Shown here piece by piece: positions 29,503-39,032 of a DNA stretch of 64,000 bases (positions within the stretch are counted from its first letter, which is position 1; each line of letters begins with the position of its first letter). Under the pieces are notes generated by a model that saw only the letters and a list, made by a program, of their open reading frames with translations, had not been told where the DNA came from and made no database searches. The stretch lies in contig CABQJV010000006.1 in NCBI GenBank assembly GCA_902464565.1, forward strand, positions 27,839-91,838. Reading direction: 5' to 3'. The stretch comes from an uncultured Collinsella sp. (GTDB lineage Bacteria > Actinomycetota > Coriobacteriia > Coriobacteriales > Coriobacteriaceae). A program made the position numbers and the translations under genes.

Positions 29503-29872
29503 CGAAGCAACCTGCCCCATTACGCTGACCGTTGCCGGGGACCCGCGTCTGGCGCGCCTGGTGCGCATGACGGCCGCCAACGTTGGTGCGCTGTGCTCCA
29601 TGTCCGTCGATCGCATCGAGGACATCCGCATGGCTGCCGAGGAGGCCTTCATCTTTGGCTGCACGGCTGTTGATTCTGACGATATCTCAATCAAATTCGA
29701 TGTCGACGAATCTCACGTCGGCATGACCTTTACCTTTGGCGATCAGGCGTCTGTCGATGAGGATGACCAGGCTGCCGTGTATGCCGAGCTCATTTTGGCG
29801 AGCGTGTGCGATTCCTACGAAAAGACCGCGGCGCCCCTGACGCTTTCCCTCGACCTCAAGGCGGATATCTAA
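29495..29872 (+). CDS. Anti-sigma factor, RsbW/UsfX-like
   Basis: LARLVRMTAA..IEDIRMAAEEA pattern; immediately precedes the SigB/F-type sigma gene. Confidence 0.75.
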   Translation: MSSEATCPITLTVAGDPRLARLVRMTAANVGALCSMSVDRIEDIRMAAEEAFIFGCTAVDSDDISIKFDVDESHVGMTFTFGDQASVDEDDQAAVYAELILASVCDSYEKTAAPLTLSLDLKADI

Positions 29873-29873
29873 T

Positions 29874-30665
29874 ATGACCGAACGTTCCCGGAGCGGTAAG
29901 ACCGCTTGGGACAAGGAGAAAACCCGCGAGCTGTTTCGTCGCTATAAAGAGACTGGTGATCCGGACGCACGCGAGCAGCTCGTCATGTCCCATATGAACC
30001 TGGTAAGGTTTCTTGCCAATAAATTTAAGAATCGCGGTGAGCCGCTCGACGACCTGATGCAGGTCGGATACCTGGGTCTACTCAAGGCAATCGACCGCTT
30101 TGATCCCGAGCGCGGACTCGAGTTCACGACGTTTGCGACACCCACTATCCTGGGCGAGATCAAACGCCATTTCCGCGACAAGGGCTGGAGCGTGCGCGTA
30201 CCGCGTCGTCTGCAGGAGCTCTCCGCCAAGGTCAACCAGGCTACTGACAAACTTACCAACGAGCTGCAGCGTTCGCCCAAGGTTGAGGAGATCGCTGAGT
30301 ATCTAGATGTGACTGTCGATGAGGTCCTCGAGGCTATGGAATCGTCTTCGGCTTATACCTCGGTGCCCATCGAGGCTCCTGGTGCGTCCGATTCCGACGA
30401 TGCCCCCTCGATTCTCGACCGTTACGCCGACGATGACAACGAGCTCGACTTTACCGATGACCGCCTAGTGATCGAGGAAGCCATCCGTGATTTCTCGCCG
30501 CGCGAGCGCGAGGTGATCGAGCTGCGCTTTGTGAAGGGCATGACCCAGATCGAGATCGCCAAGAAGCTGGGTATTTCTCAGGTGCAGGTTTCGCGTTTAC
30601 TGCGCCGCACGCTTAAGAAGATTCAGGACAAGATCGATCCCGACGGAGTGATGGTTCGTTCATGA
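29874..30665 (+). CDS. SigB/SigF/SigG family RNA polymerase sigma factor
   Basis: DDLMQVGYLGLLKAIDRFD, PTILGEIKRHFRDKGWSVRVPRRLQE, TQIEIAKKLGISQVQVSRL. Confidence 0.95.
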   Translation: MTERSRSGKTAWDKEKTRELFRRYKETGDPDAREQLVMSHMNLVRFLANKFKNRGEPLDDLMQVGYLGLLKAIDRFDPERGLEFTTFATPTILGEIKRHFRDKGWSVRVPRRLQELSAKVNQATDKLTNELQRSPKVEEIAEYLDVTVDEVLEAMESSSAYTSVPIEAPGASDSDDAPSILDRYADDDNELDFTDDRLVIEEAIRDFSPREREVIELRFVKGMTQIEIAKKLGISQVQVSRLLRRTLKKIQDKIDPDGVMVRS

Positions 30666-32071
30666 GTGAGCACCCCCAACAAACCGATCGCGTGCTGCGT
30701 GACACCCGCATTCTGACGCTGCGCATTTGGGCTGTTGTCGGCTGCATTGTTATTGCTGCTGTCATCTTTAACCTTATGGGCATCTTGGCACCGGTTATTG
30801 AGTTTCTTGCCGTCGGTTCCATCATTGCTTTTGTGATGTCCCCGATCACCAACTGGCTCGAGCACCATGGCGTGAATCGCGGCATCGGTTCGCTTATCGC
30901 GCTTATTGTTGTTGTTGCTGTGCTCGTCGGTGTCGTTTGCATCTTGTCGCCGATTCTCTTTGGTCAGATCATGGAAGTCCTGAGCCGCCTGCCCGAACAG
31001 CTTCGTGTTGCGGGTGGCGACCTCAACGAGATGATCTCGCATGCCAAGACGCTCAACAACACGCCGCTCAAGGAGTATTTGGACGATAATCTTTCGTCGC
31101 TGGTTACCGTGGCATCGAAGTATGTGTCTCAGATCGCTGCCGAGCTTGGCCGCGGTGTGTTCCCGCTCATCACCAATACGGCCTCGCAGTTGTTCGTGAT
31201 CTTCCTTGGTCTGGTGCTTGCGTACTGGATGGCCTGCGACTACCCTCGCATGCACCATGAGATTTGCACCATCATCGGTCAGGAGAAGGAGACCTCGTAC
31301 CGCTTTATGGTCGCCATCCTTTCTCGCTCGGTCGGCGGCTACATGCGTGGCATGGTCGTGACGTCCATCTGCGGTGGTTTCCTCGCCCTTATCGGTTTTA
31401 TGATTATCGGCCATCCGTATGCGGCGCTCATGGCTATCTTTACCGGCATCATGCATTTGGTTCCGGTCGTCGGTCCCTGGGTGAGCGCAGCAATCGCCAC
31501 GGTACTCGGCTTTATGTTCAGCCCCATGTTGGCGTTATGGACGCTTATCGTGACGATGGTCGCGCAAAACGTCACCGATAACGTGATTTCGCCTAAGGTC
31601 ATGCAGAGCTCGGTGCAGGTGCATCCCATCATGAGCCTCACGGCGCTCGTTATTGGCTCGGCACTCATGGGCCCCATCGGCATGATTATTGCCATCCCGC
31701 TGTGTGCGGCCCTCAAGGGTATCTTTGTGTACTACTTCGAGAATGAGACCGGCCGCCAGCTTGTGGCCTATGACGGCGCCGTGTTTAAGGGCACACCGTA
31801 CCGCGATGCCGATGGCAACCCGGTCGCCGCCTACGACGCACTCGGCGACGACACCTTCATCTACGAGTCCGAGCTCATCGGCAATGAGACCGCGCCCGAG
31901 GCCCAGGCTATGCCCAAGCCCGAGCTCGATAATCCTTGGATCAAGCTTTCGGGCCTGCAGCCCGATGCGACGGGTTTCTTCAAGAACCCCTTCGCCAAGG
32001 ACGATGACTCCAACTCGGACGACGACACCAAAACCGGCATCGACGGCTCCATGGACGATGACGACAACTAG
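30662..32071 (+). CDS. AI-2E (UPF0118) family transporter
   Basis: Multi-TM; VPVVGP, ISPKVM..SVQVHP, IIAIPL motifs; acidic C-terminal tail. Confidence 0.9.
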   Translation: MSEHPQQTDRVLRDTRILTLRIWAVVGCIVIAAVIFNLMGILAPVIEFLAVGSIIAFVMSPITNWLEHHGVNRGIGSLIALIVVVAVLVGVVCILSPILFGQIMEVLSRLPEQLRVAGGDLNEMISHAKTLNNTPLKEYLDDNLSSLVTVASKYVSQIAAELGRGVFPLITNTASQLFVIFLGLVLAYWMACDYPRMHHEICTIIGQEKETSYRFMVAILSRSVGGYMRGMVVTSICGGFLALIGFMIIGHPYAALMAIFTGIMHLVPVVGPWVSAAIATVLGFMFSPMLALWTLIVTMVAQNVTDNVISPKVMQSSVQVHPIMSLTALVIGSALMGPIGMIIAIPLCAALKGIFVYYFENETGRQLVAYDGAVFKGTPYRDADGNPVAAYDALGDDTFIYESELIGNETAPEAQAMPKPELDNPWIKLSGLQPDATGFFKNPFAKDDDSNSDDDTKTGIDGSMDDDDN

Positions 32072-32121
32072 CGGGGTAATTCGGGTTAACATTCATACGC
32101 GCTAACATGCAATTTCGCTGA

Positions 32122-32151
32122 AGGGCCGGCATTGTGCCGGCCCTCTTTTTT
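32122..32151 (+). terminator. Intrinsic terminator after the sigma-factor operon
   Basis: AGGGCCGGCA-ttg-TGCCGGCCCT then CTTTTTT. Confidence 0.8.
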
Positions 32152-32223
32152 GCACTTGCGCGGTGGGATGGTAATATCGTTACGTTTGAACTGTTTCGAT
32201 GTGAAACCGAGGAGATTCCCTCT

Positions 32224-34881
32224 ATGAGTGCTGACTACCCGTCAATGACTACGGCCGAGATCCGCTCCAAGTTCCTCAACTTCTTTGAGGAGCGCGGTCT
32301 TAAGCTCTATCCTTCTTCGTCTCTTGTTCCTGACGATCCTTCGCTGCTGCTTGCCAACGCTGGCATGAACCAGTTTAAGGAGTACTACCAGGGCAAGAAG
32401 ACCATGAAGGAGATCGGCGCGATCTCCTGCCAGAAGTGCGTCCGCACCAACGACATCGACTGCATCGGCGAGGACGGCCGTCACCTGTCCTTCTTTGAGA
32501 TGCTCGGCGACTTCTCCTTTGGCGGCGTCTCCAAGCAGCAGGCCTGCGCTTGGGCCTTTGAGCTCATCACCAAGGAGTTCAAGCTGCCGCTCGACCGCCT
32601 GTACTTTACCGTCTTTACCGAGGACGACGAGACTCACGACGTGTGGCGCTCCCTGGGCGTTGCCGAGGATCACATCTCGCGTCTGGGCGAGGACGACAAC
32701 TTCTGGGCCGCTGGCCCCACCGGTCCCTGCGGTCCGTGCTCCGAGATCTACTTTGACATGGGCGAGGAGGTCGGTTGCGGCAGCCCCGACTGCAAGCCCG
32801 GCTGCGACTGCGACCGCTTCCTTGAGTTCTGGAACCTCGTGTTTACCCAGTACGACCGCCAGGAGGACGGCTCCATGCCGGAGCTGCCGCACCGCAACCT
32901 CGATACGGGCATGGGTCTGGAGCGCATGGCCGCTATCATGCAGCACAAGACCGCTAACTACGACGGCGACTTGATGCAGCATCTCATCAAGCTGGGCGAG
33001 GAGATCAGCGGCAAGACCTATGACGCCGACGATTACTCCGGTGCCAGCCGCTCGCTGCGCATCATCGCCGACCACTCCCGTGCCGTCGACTTTATGATTT
33101 CCGACGGCATCCTTCCCGGTAACGAGGGTCGCGAGTACGTCCTTCGCCGCCTGCTCCGTCGTGCCGTGTTCCACGGTCGCCTGCTGGGCATCGAGGGCGC
33201 TTTCCTGACCAAGTTCATCGACGAGGTTAACGCTCAGATGGGCGAGGCCTATCCCGAGCTGCTCAAGAACGTCGCGCTCGTCAAGGGTATCGTTGCCTCC
33301 GAGGAGGAGCGCTTCTCCACGACGCTCGACAACGGTCGCGTCTACCTGGATGAGGCACTGGCAGCGCTTGCCGAGGGCGCTGTGCTTCCGGGCGATGTTG
33401 CCTTTAAGCTGCACGACACCTTTGGTTTCCCCATCGACCTAACCGTCGAGATCGCCGGCACCGCTGGCCACGACGTCGACATGGACGGCTTCACTGCCTG
33501 CATGGAGGACCAGAAGGCCCGCGCCCGCGCCAATGCCAAGGGCGACGCCTGGGGCAGCTTCAACGACGTGTGGGTTGAGCTTTCCGACAAGGTCGCAGCG
33601 ACCGAGTTCGACGGCTATGACAACGATGTGATCGAGGGCGCCAAGGTTGTCGCCATCGTGCGCAACGGCGAGTCCGTCGAGTCCGCTGCCGCCGGCGAGG
33701 ATGTCGAGGTTGTGCTCGACTGCACCCCGTTCTATGCCGAGATGGGTGGTCAGCAGGGCGATGCCGGCAAGCTTTCCGCCGAGGGCGTTGTTCTGACCGT
33801 TGCCGACACCAAGAACCACAACGGCCTGTATGCTCACGTCGCCCACGTTGCCGAGGGCACGCTGGCCGTCGGTGCTACCGTGACCGCCGCGCTCGACGCC
33901 GAGCGCCGTGGCTTCCTGCGCCGCAACCACACCGCCACGCACCTGCTCGACGCCGCCCTTAAGCAGGTCCTGGGCGAGCACGTCTCCCAGGCCGGCTCGC
34001 TGGTGACGCCCGAGCACCTGCGCTTTGACTTTACGCACTTCGAGGCCCTGTCCTCCGAGCAGCTCAAGGCTGTCGAGGACCTGGTCAACCAGCAGATCTT
34101 CGCTTCCAAGCCGGTCGTGACCCGTGTCATGGGCATCGACGAGGCTAAGGCCGCCGGCGCTGTCGCCCTGTTTGGCGAGAAGTATGGCGACGTCGTCCGC
34201 GTTGTCTCCGTGGGCGCCGAGGACCAGCCGTTCTCCCGCGAACTCTGCGGTGGCACACACGCTGCCAACACCGCCGAGATCGGCCTGTTCAAGATCATTT
34301 CCGAGTCCTCCACGGGCTCCAATGTCCGCCGTATCGAGGCCGTGACCTCTAAGGGTGCCCTCGACTATATGGCCGACCGCCTGGCACTCGTTGACGCCGC
34401 TGCTACTGCGCTCAAGTGCCGCGTGGATGAGGTTCCCGCTCGCGTGGAGAACCTGCAGGCCGAGCTGCGCGAGACGTTCAATAAGCTCAAGAAGGCTCTG
34501 ACCGGTGGCTCCTCCGACGCCATCTCCAGCGCCATCGAGGGCGCCGTCGAGCTCGACGGCTATAAGCTCGTTGTCGCTGAGCTCCAGGGCCTTGAGGCTG
34601 CCGACCTGCGCAACGTATGGGATACCGTGCATCAGAAGGTCGCCGGCCCTGTCGCTTGTGTCGTCGCCAGCGTGACTGAGAAGGGCACTCCGGCCCTGCT
34701 CGCTGCCGGCTCCGATGACGCCGTCAAGGCCGGTTTCCACGCCGGTAACGTGATCAAGCAGATCGCGGGTCTGGTCGACGGTCGCGGTGGCGGTCGTCCC
34801 AACATGGCCCAGGCCGGTGGCAAGAATGCTGCCGGCATCGCCGATGCCCTCGCGGCCGCTAAGACCGCGCTCGGTGCCTAA
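32224..34881 (+). CDS. alaS: Alanine--tRNA ligase
   Basis: NAGMNQFK, GPCGPCSEIY, DTGMGLER, HTATHLL, ELCGGTH, GRGGGRPNMAQAGG. Confidence 0.98.
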   Translation: MSADYPSMTTAEIRSKFLNFFEERGLKLYPSSSLVPDDPSLLLANAGMNQFKEYYQGKKTMKEIGAISCQKCVRTNDIDCIGEDGRHLSFFEMLGDFSFGGVSKQQACAWAFELITKEFKLPLDRLYFTVFTEDDETHDVWRSLGVAEDHISRLGEDDNFWAAGPTGPCGPCSEIYFDMGEEVGCGSPDCKPGCDCDRFLEFWNLVFTQYDRQEDGSMPELPHRNLDTGMGLERMAAIMQHKTANYDGDLMQHLIKLGEEISGKTYDADDYSGASRSLRIIADHSRAVDFMISDGILPGNEGREYVLRRLLRRAVFHGRLLGIEGAFLTKFIDEVNAQMGEAYPELLKNVALVKGIVASEEERFSTTLDNGRVYLDEALAALAEGAVLPGDVAFKLHDTFGFPIDLTVEIAGTAGHDVDMDGFTACMEDQKARARANAKGDAWGSFNDVWVELSDKVAATEFDGYDNDVIEGAKVVAIVRNGESVESAAAGEDVEVVLDCTPFYAEMGGQQGDAGKLSAEGVVLTVADTKNHNGLYAHVAHVAEGTLAVGATVTAALDAERRGFLRRNHTATHLLDAALKQVLGEHVSQAGSLVTPEHLRFDFTHFEALSSEQLKAVEDLVNQQIFASKPVVTRVMGIDEAKAAGAVALFGEKYGDVVRVVSVGAEDQPFSRELCGGTHAANTAEIGLFKIISESSTGSNVRRIEAVTSKGALDYMADRLALVDAAATALKCRVDEVPARVENLQAELRETFNKLKKALTGGSSDAISSAIEGAVELDGYKLVVAELQGLEAADLRNVWDTVHQKVAGPVACVVASVTEKGTPALLAAGSDDAVKAGFHAGNVIKQIAGLVDGRGGGRPNMAQAGGKNAAGIADALAAAKTALGA

Positions 34882-34898
34882 GAATCTAAGAAGTCACT

Positions 34899-35327
34899 GT
34901 GGTTGCGCTCGCGCTGGACATAGGGGAGACCAGGATTGGCATCGCCGTCTCGAGCCGTGATGGCAAGATGGCGATGCCTGTCAAGGTGCTTCCGGCTGCC
35001 GAGGTCACCGGTATGGCCAAGACGTTCCGCTACCTGGTTGAGGACTATGAGCCCGACATCCTGGTAAGCGGACGTCCCCTGACCATGGCCGGTGAACCTG
35101 GCCCTCAGGCCGAGCGCGTTGCCGCTGTGGCGCAAAAGATTGCCGACGAGCTCGATCTTCCGTTGGAGTTTGAGGACGAGCGTCTGTCCTCGCAAGAGGC
35201 CAAGCGTATCCTGCGCGAGCAGGGACTCAACGAAAAGCAGATGAGGGGCAAGATCGACATGATTGCCGCCAGCCTGTTTTTGCAGACGTGGCTCGATCGT
35301 AAAAACGAGGAGGTTTCGCATGCCTAG
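34899..35327 (+). CDS. ruvX: RuvX/YqgF pre-16S rRNA nuclease
   Basis: LALDIGETRIGIAVS, DERLSS, IDMIAA..LQ; follows alaS. Confidence 0.93.
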   Translation: MVALALDIGETRIGIAVSSRDGKMAMPVKVLPAAEVTGMAKTFRYLVEDYEPDILVSGRPLTMAGEPGPQAERVAAVAQKIADELDLPLEFEDERLSSQEAKRILREQGLNEKQMRGKIDMIAASLFLQTWLDRKNEEVSHA

Positions 35328-36753
35328 TGCTTCCGATCCGCGCCAGCCGAATCGTACACAGCAGCCGGCGTCGCGCCCTGCCCAGCCTGGCCAGCGTCCG
35401 GCACAGCCGACGCAGCGCGCAGCTCAGTCTGCCGCGCGCCCGGCGCAGTCCTTCTCTCGTTCGGCCCAACCTGTTCAACGGACGGGTCAGCAGCCTTCTG
35501 CTCGTTCGGTTCAGCATTCGGCTTCTCACGCGGCTCAGCAGCCCACTGCTCGTACGGCCCAGCCTGCAGGCGGCACCCGCTTTAAGCAGCAGGCACCTAC
35601 CCAGCGAACGCAGGCCCCCCAATCGCATTCGCATCACGCTCGTGGTTCGCATGGCGTTGCTCCGGCGACCCGCTCGAGCTACAACACGCATGCTCGTCGC
35701 GGTGCTCAAAAGAAAAGCTCCCCGGTGCCTATGATTATCGGTGGCGTTGTTGCCGTGCTTGCGCTTGTCGCGATCGTTTTCTTTGTCGTGCCAGCCGTCA
35801 AGGGTTTCTTTGGCGGTGAGGGTGCGAAAGTCGTTGCAGGCCAGCAGGTTACTATCACGATTCCCGACGGTGCCTCGGGTGACAGCATCGCTTCGATTCT
35901 CTCCGAGAACCATATCGTAGAAAATCCCAAGGATTACTATGCGGCGGTGAAAAAGCTCAACGCCGATATGTCGCTCAAGGCTGGTGATTATTCGTTCACC
36001 ACACTCATGGATGCGACCAAGGTTGTTCAGCAGCTCATGGAAGGCCCCAACGCGGGCTCCAATACGCTGACTATCCCTGAGGGCCTGACGGTCGATCAAG
36101 TCGCCGACCGTGTGGCCCAGGCCTACGACAGCATCTCTAAGGAAGACTTCCTCAACCAGGCCAAGGCCTCCAACTACGTGGACGACTATAGCTTCCTTAA
36201 GGGCGCCGCCAACGACTCGCTCGAGGGTTTCTTGTTTCCCAAGACCTATTCGTTGGGTGATTCGCCGACGGCCGATGGCGTGATTCGCGCTATGCTCGAT
36301 CAGTTTAAGACCGAGTACAAGTCGCTTGACTTTGCGAGCTGCGAAGCCAAGATCAAGGAACGCTACGGTGTGGAGATGTCCGACTACGACATCGTCAACT
36401 TGGCCTCTATCGTTGAGCGCGAGGGCCTCAACGCCGATCAACGTGCGCACGTGGCCTCGGTCTTCTACAACCGCCTTGCCGGCAAACTCGACGGTCTGCG
36501 CTATCTCAACAGCGATGCGACCATGATGTATGTCACCGGTGGCGAGGTTACCGCCGACGACCTGCAGAGCGATAGTCCGTATAACACCTATAAACACGAG
36601 GGTCTGCCGCCCACGCCCATCTGCTCTCCGTCGCTCGAGGCACTCAAGGCCACGCTTGAGCCGACCGACTCCGAGGACCTGTATTTCTACATTACGCAGG
36701 ACGAGGAGTACTTCTCACAAACCTACGAAGAGCATCAACAGTCTTGGAATTAG
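35320..36753 (+). CDS. mltG: Endolytic transglycosylase MltG with a long low-complexity N-terminus
   Basis: TIPEG, LEGFLFPKTY, LASIVERE, SPYNTY..GLPPTPI; GAGGAGG RBS. Confidence 0.93.
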   Translation: MPSASDPRQPNRTQQPASRPAQPGQRPAQPTQRAAQSAARPAQSFSRSAQPVQRTGQQPSARSVQHSASHAAQQPTARTAQPAGGTRFKQQAPTQRTQAPQSHSHHARGSHGVAPATRSSYNTHARRGAQKKSSPVPMIIGGVVAVLALVAIVFFVVPAVKGFFGGEGAKVVAGQQVTITIPDGASGDSIASILSENHIVENPKDYYAAVKKLNADMSLKAGDYSFTTLMDATKVVQQLMEGPNAGSNTLTIPEGLTVDQVADRVAQAYDSISKEDFLNQAKASNYVDDYSFLKGAANDSLEGFLFPKTYSLGDSPTADGVIRAMLDQFKTEYKSLDFASCEAKIKERYGVEMSDYDIVNLASIVEREGLNADQRAHVASVFYNRLAGKLDGLRYLNSDATMMYVTGGEVTADDLQSDSPYNTYKHEGLPPTPICSPSLEALKATLEPTDSEDLYFYITQDEEYFSQTYEEHQQSWN

Positions 36754-36754
36754 C

Positions 36755-37252
36755 ATGAGGATTTTTAGCCCCAAACGATACGTTGCCTCGGTCGATCGCA
36801 TCGACCTTGATACCCTGTGGGCCGATGGCAAACGCGCCATTCTGCTCGATCGCGATAACACCCTGGTGCCGCGCGACACCGAGCAGGTTCCCGCCGCGGT
36901 TTCCGCGTGGCTCGATGCCGCCCGCGCCAAAGGCTTTAAGCTGTGCATGGTGTCCAATAACTGGCATCGCGACCAGGTCATGAGCTCTGCACGCGAGCTG
37001 GGACTCGAGGCCATCAGCCACGCCATGAAGCCGGCGCCGTTTGCCCTCAAGGCGGGCCTTAAGCGCCTCGGCGCCTCGGCCGACGAGACGGTGCTGATCG
37101 GTGATCAACTCTACACGGACGTGTGGAGCGGCAACTTCGCCGGCGTCGATACCATCCTGGTAAAGCCGCAGGCGACGCAGGACCTGTGGTATACGCAGAT
37201 TTTCCGTATCTTTGAGCGACGGGCCCTGCGTGACCTTCCCTGCGAGGAATAG
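36755..37252 (+). CDS. YqeG-family HAD IIIA phosphatase
   Basis: LLDRDNTL, VSNN, AMKP, IGDQLYTD. Confidence 0.92.
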   Translation: MRIFSPKRYVASVDRIDLDTLWADGKRAILLDRDNTLVPRDTEQVPAAVSAWLDAARAKGFKLCMVSNNWHRDQVMSSARELGLEAISHAMKPAPFALKAGLKRLGASADETVLIGDQLYTDVWSGNFAGVDTILVKPQATQDLWYTQIFRIFERRALRDLPCEE

Positions 37253-37260
37253 GTCTCGCT

Positions 37261-37794
37261 ATGTCCCAGCACACCAAACACGGCTGCGACCATATCTTCT
37301 TTATCGGCTTTTTGGGCGCGGGCAAATCGACGCTCGCGCGCAACGTCGGCACTATGTTCAAGCGGCGTTTTATCGATACCGACCGTCTGGTCGTGCGTCG
37401 TTGCGGCAAGTCGGTAACCGAGATTTTTGAGACCGAGGGCGAGGATCGTTTTCGCGAGCTCGAGACCTCGGCGCTCCGTTCGCTCAAAAGTGAGCGCAGC
37501 CTGTTGGTTTCGTGCGGGGGCGGCATTGTCGAGACGCCGGTGAATATTGAGCTGATGCACGAAATGGGTACGTGCGTGTACCTCGAGGGCGACTTCGAGG
37601 ATTCGATTCGCCAGATTCGTCGGTCCGACACGCGCCCCGATTTCCGCTCGCCCGAGCATGCCGCGCGCCTGTTTGAGCATCGCCGTCCGCTGTATCGCCA
37701 AGCCGCCGACCTTACCCTTGATATTCGCAACAAGTCCTTCGAGGACGTTTCCTACCTTTGTGCCGAGATGCTTTTGGAGCGTGGGCTGCTATGA
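37261..37794 (+). CDS. aroK: Shikimate kinase
   Basis: GFLGAGKST, DTD, GE..FRELE, CGGGIV, R.PLY. Confidence 0.9.
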   Translation: MSQHTKHGCDHIFFIGFLGAGKSTLARNVGTMFKRRFIDTDRLVVRRCGKSVTEIFETEGEDRFRELETSALRSLKSERSLLVSCGGGIVETPVNIELMHEMGTCVYLEGDFEDSIRQIRRSDTRPDFRSPEHAARLFEHRRPLYRQAADLTLDIRNKSFEDVSYLCAEMLLERGLL

Positions 37795-38900
37795 TTCGCC
37801 GTCAACTGATCAATTTCCAAAACCGCAGTGTCGATGTCCGCGTCGGATTGGGCGCGTTCGATGAGCTGTCGCGCATGTTTTCCTCGGCTGTGGGCAAGCC
37901 TAAGCGCGCGATGGTGGTTTGGAACGACGCCACATCCGAGCGTTTTGGTGAGGTCGTCGAGCATGCGCTGGTCGACGCCGGTTTTGCCGTGTCGCAGCTT
38001 TTGCTTGAGGTTTCTCCTGATGGCGCGACGCTGGTCGACGCCGATACCGTCTTTGGCGCCCTGTCGGCTAACGGCATTACCTGCGACGATCTCGTTGTCG
38101 CTGTCGGCGACACAGCGACCTGCTCGGTCGTTTGTTGGTGTGCCAATCAGTGGTGCGGTCGCACCGAGTGCGCCTTACTGCCGACGACCTTCGACGCCAT
38201 GCTCACGGTCGCGACGACCATGAAGCCGCTCGTCGCCTCGTCGGCCAATGCGCTTCCCGCTATCGTGTCCCGTCCCGAACCGGGCTTGGTCGTGTGCGAC
38301 CTCGACCTTGTTCGCGAGGCGGACCCCGAGGACCTCAAGCTCGGCTTTGTGGTACTTGTTGGCACCATGCTTTCGAGCAGCAAGTCACGCTGGAATCAGT
38401 TTACTGAGACCGTCCCCGAGATTCTAGCGGGCGAGGAGGTCGCGCTCGTTAATGCCGTTCAATGGTCTCAGACTGCCCGCAAGGACGTACTGATGGCCAC
38501 GAACCCGAGCGCTCGCCATGCGCTCGATTTTGGCAAGACGGGGGATTGTACCCTGCGCGCCTGCTTGGGCGATGCCGCTTCGCAGGTCCCTGCCTATCAG
38601 CTGTTATCCGAGGGCATGCGCTTTGAGGCGCGCCTAGCACATGATGCCTGCGACTTTGATATCGATTACGTCTTTGAGGTCGATGACTGCCTGGAGGACT
38701 TTGGCATCGAGGAACTTGCCTTCGACCTGGAGCCCACCGCGTTTATCGAGGAGTTCCGCAGGCAGCAGTTCGCCCGCTCGAACCGCAGCATGCTGCCGCT
38801 GCCCGCAGCGCTCGGCGCCATTCGTCTAACGAGCGTTGAGGACGAGGTTCTTGAGCGCCACGCTCATGCCTACTTGGCGTCTCGCAAAGAACTTCTCTAA
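37791..38900 (+). CDS. Divergent 3-dehydroquinate synthase-like protein (catalytic motifs degenerate)
   Basis: Length, synteny after aroK and residual pattern (LPTT, D.DL, R..LDFG) match AroB, but the GGG..D, GGK and His ligands are absent. Confidence 0.75.
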   Translation: MIRRQLINFQNRSVDVRVGLGAFDELSRMFSSAVGKPKRAMVVWNDATSERFGEVVEHALVDAGFAVSQLLLEVSPDGATLVDADTVFGALSANGITCDDLVVAVGDTATCSVVCWCANQWCGRTECALLPTTFDAMLTVATTMKPLVASSANALPAIVSRPEPGLVVCDLDLVREADPEDLKLGFVVLVGTMLSSSKSRWNQFTETVPEILAGEEVALVNAVQWSQTARKDVLMATNPSARHALDFGKTGDCTLRACLGDAASQVPAYQLLSEGMRFEARLAHDACDFDIDYVFEVDDCLEDFGIEELAFDLEPTAFIEEFRRQQFARSNRSMLPLPAALGAIRLTSVEDEVLERHAHAYLASRKELL

Positions 38901-39032
38901 GATTTATTGACATCCATCGTCTTTCGTATCATGTTGAGGGGCGGGTTTTCAATCGGTTGCGGATTGCATGCGATTCCTTCGTTCGGTTGAGACCCGTCCC
39001 GTCTATATAGAGACAACAAGAAAGGAATCTGC

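Noticed and set aside
32152..32223. Possible T-box before alaS
   Set aside because: The leader is too short and has no Stem I or UGGN antiterminator.
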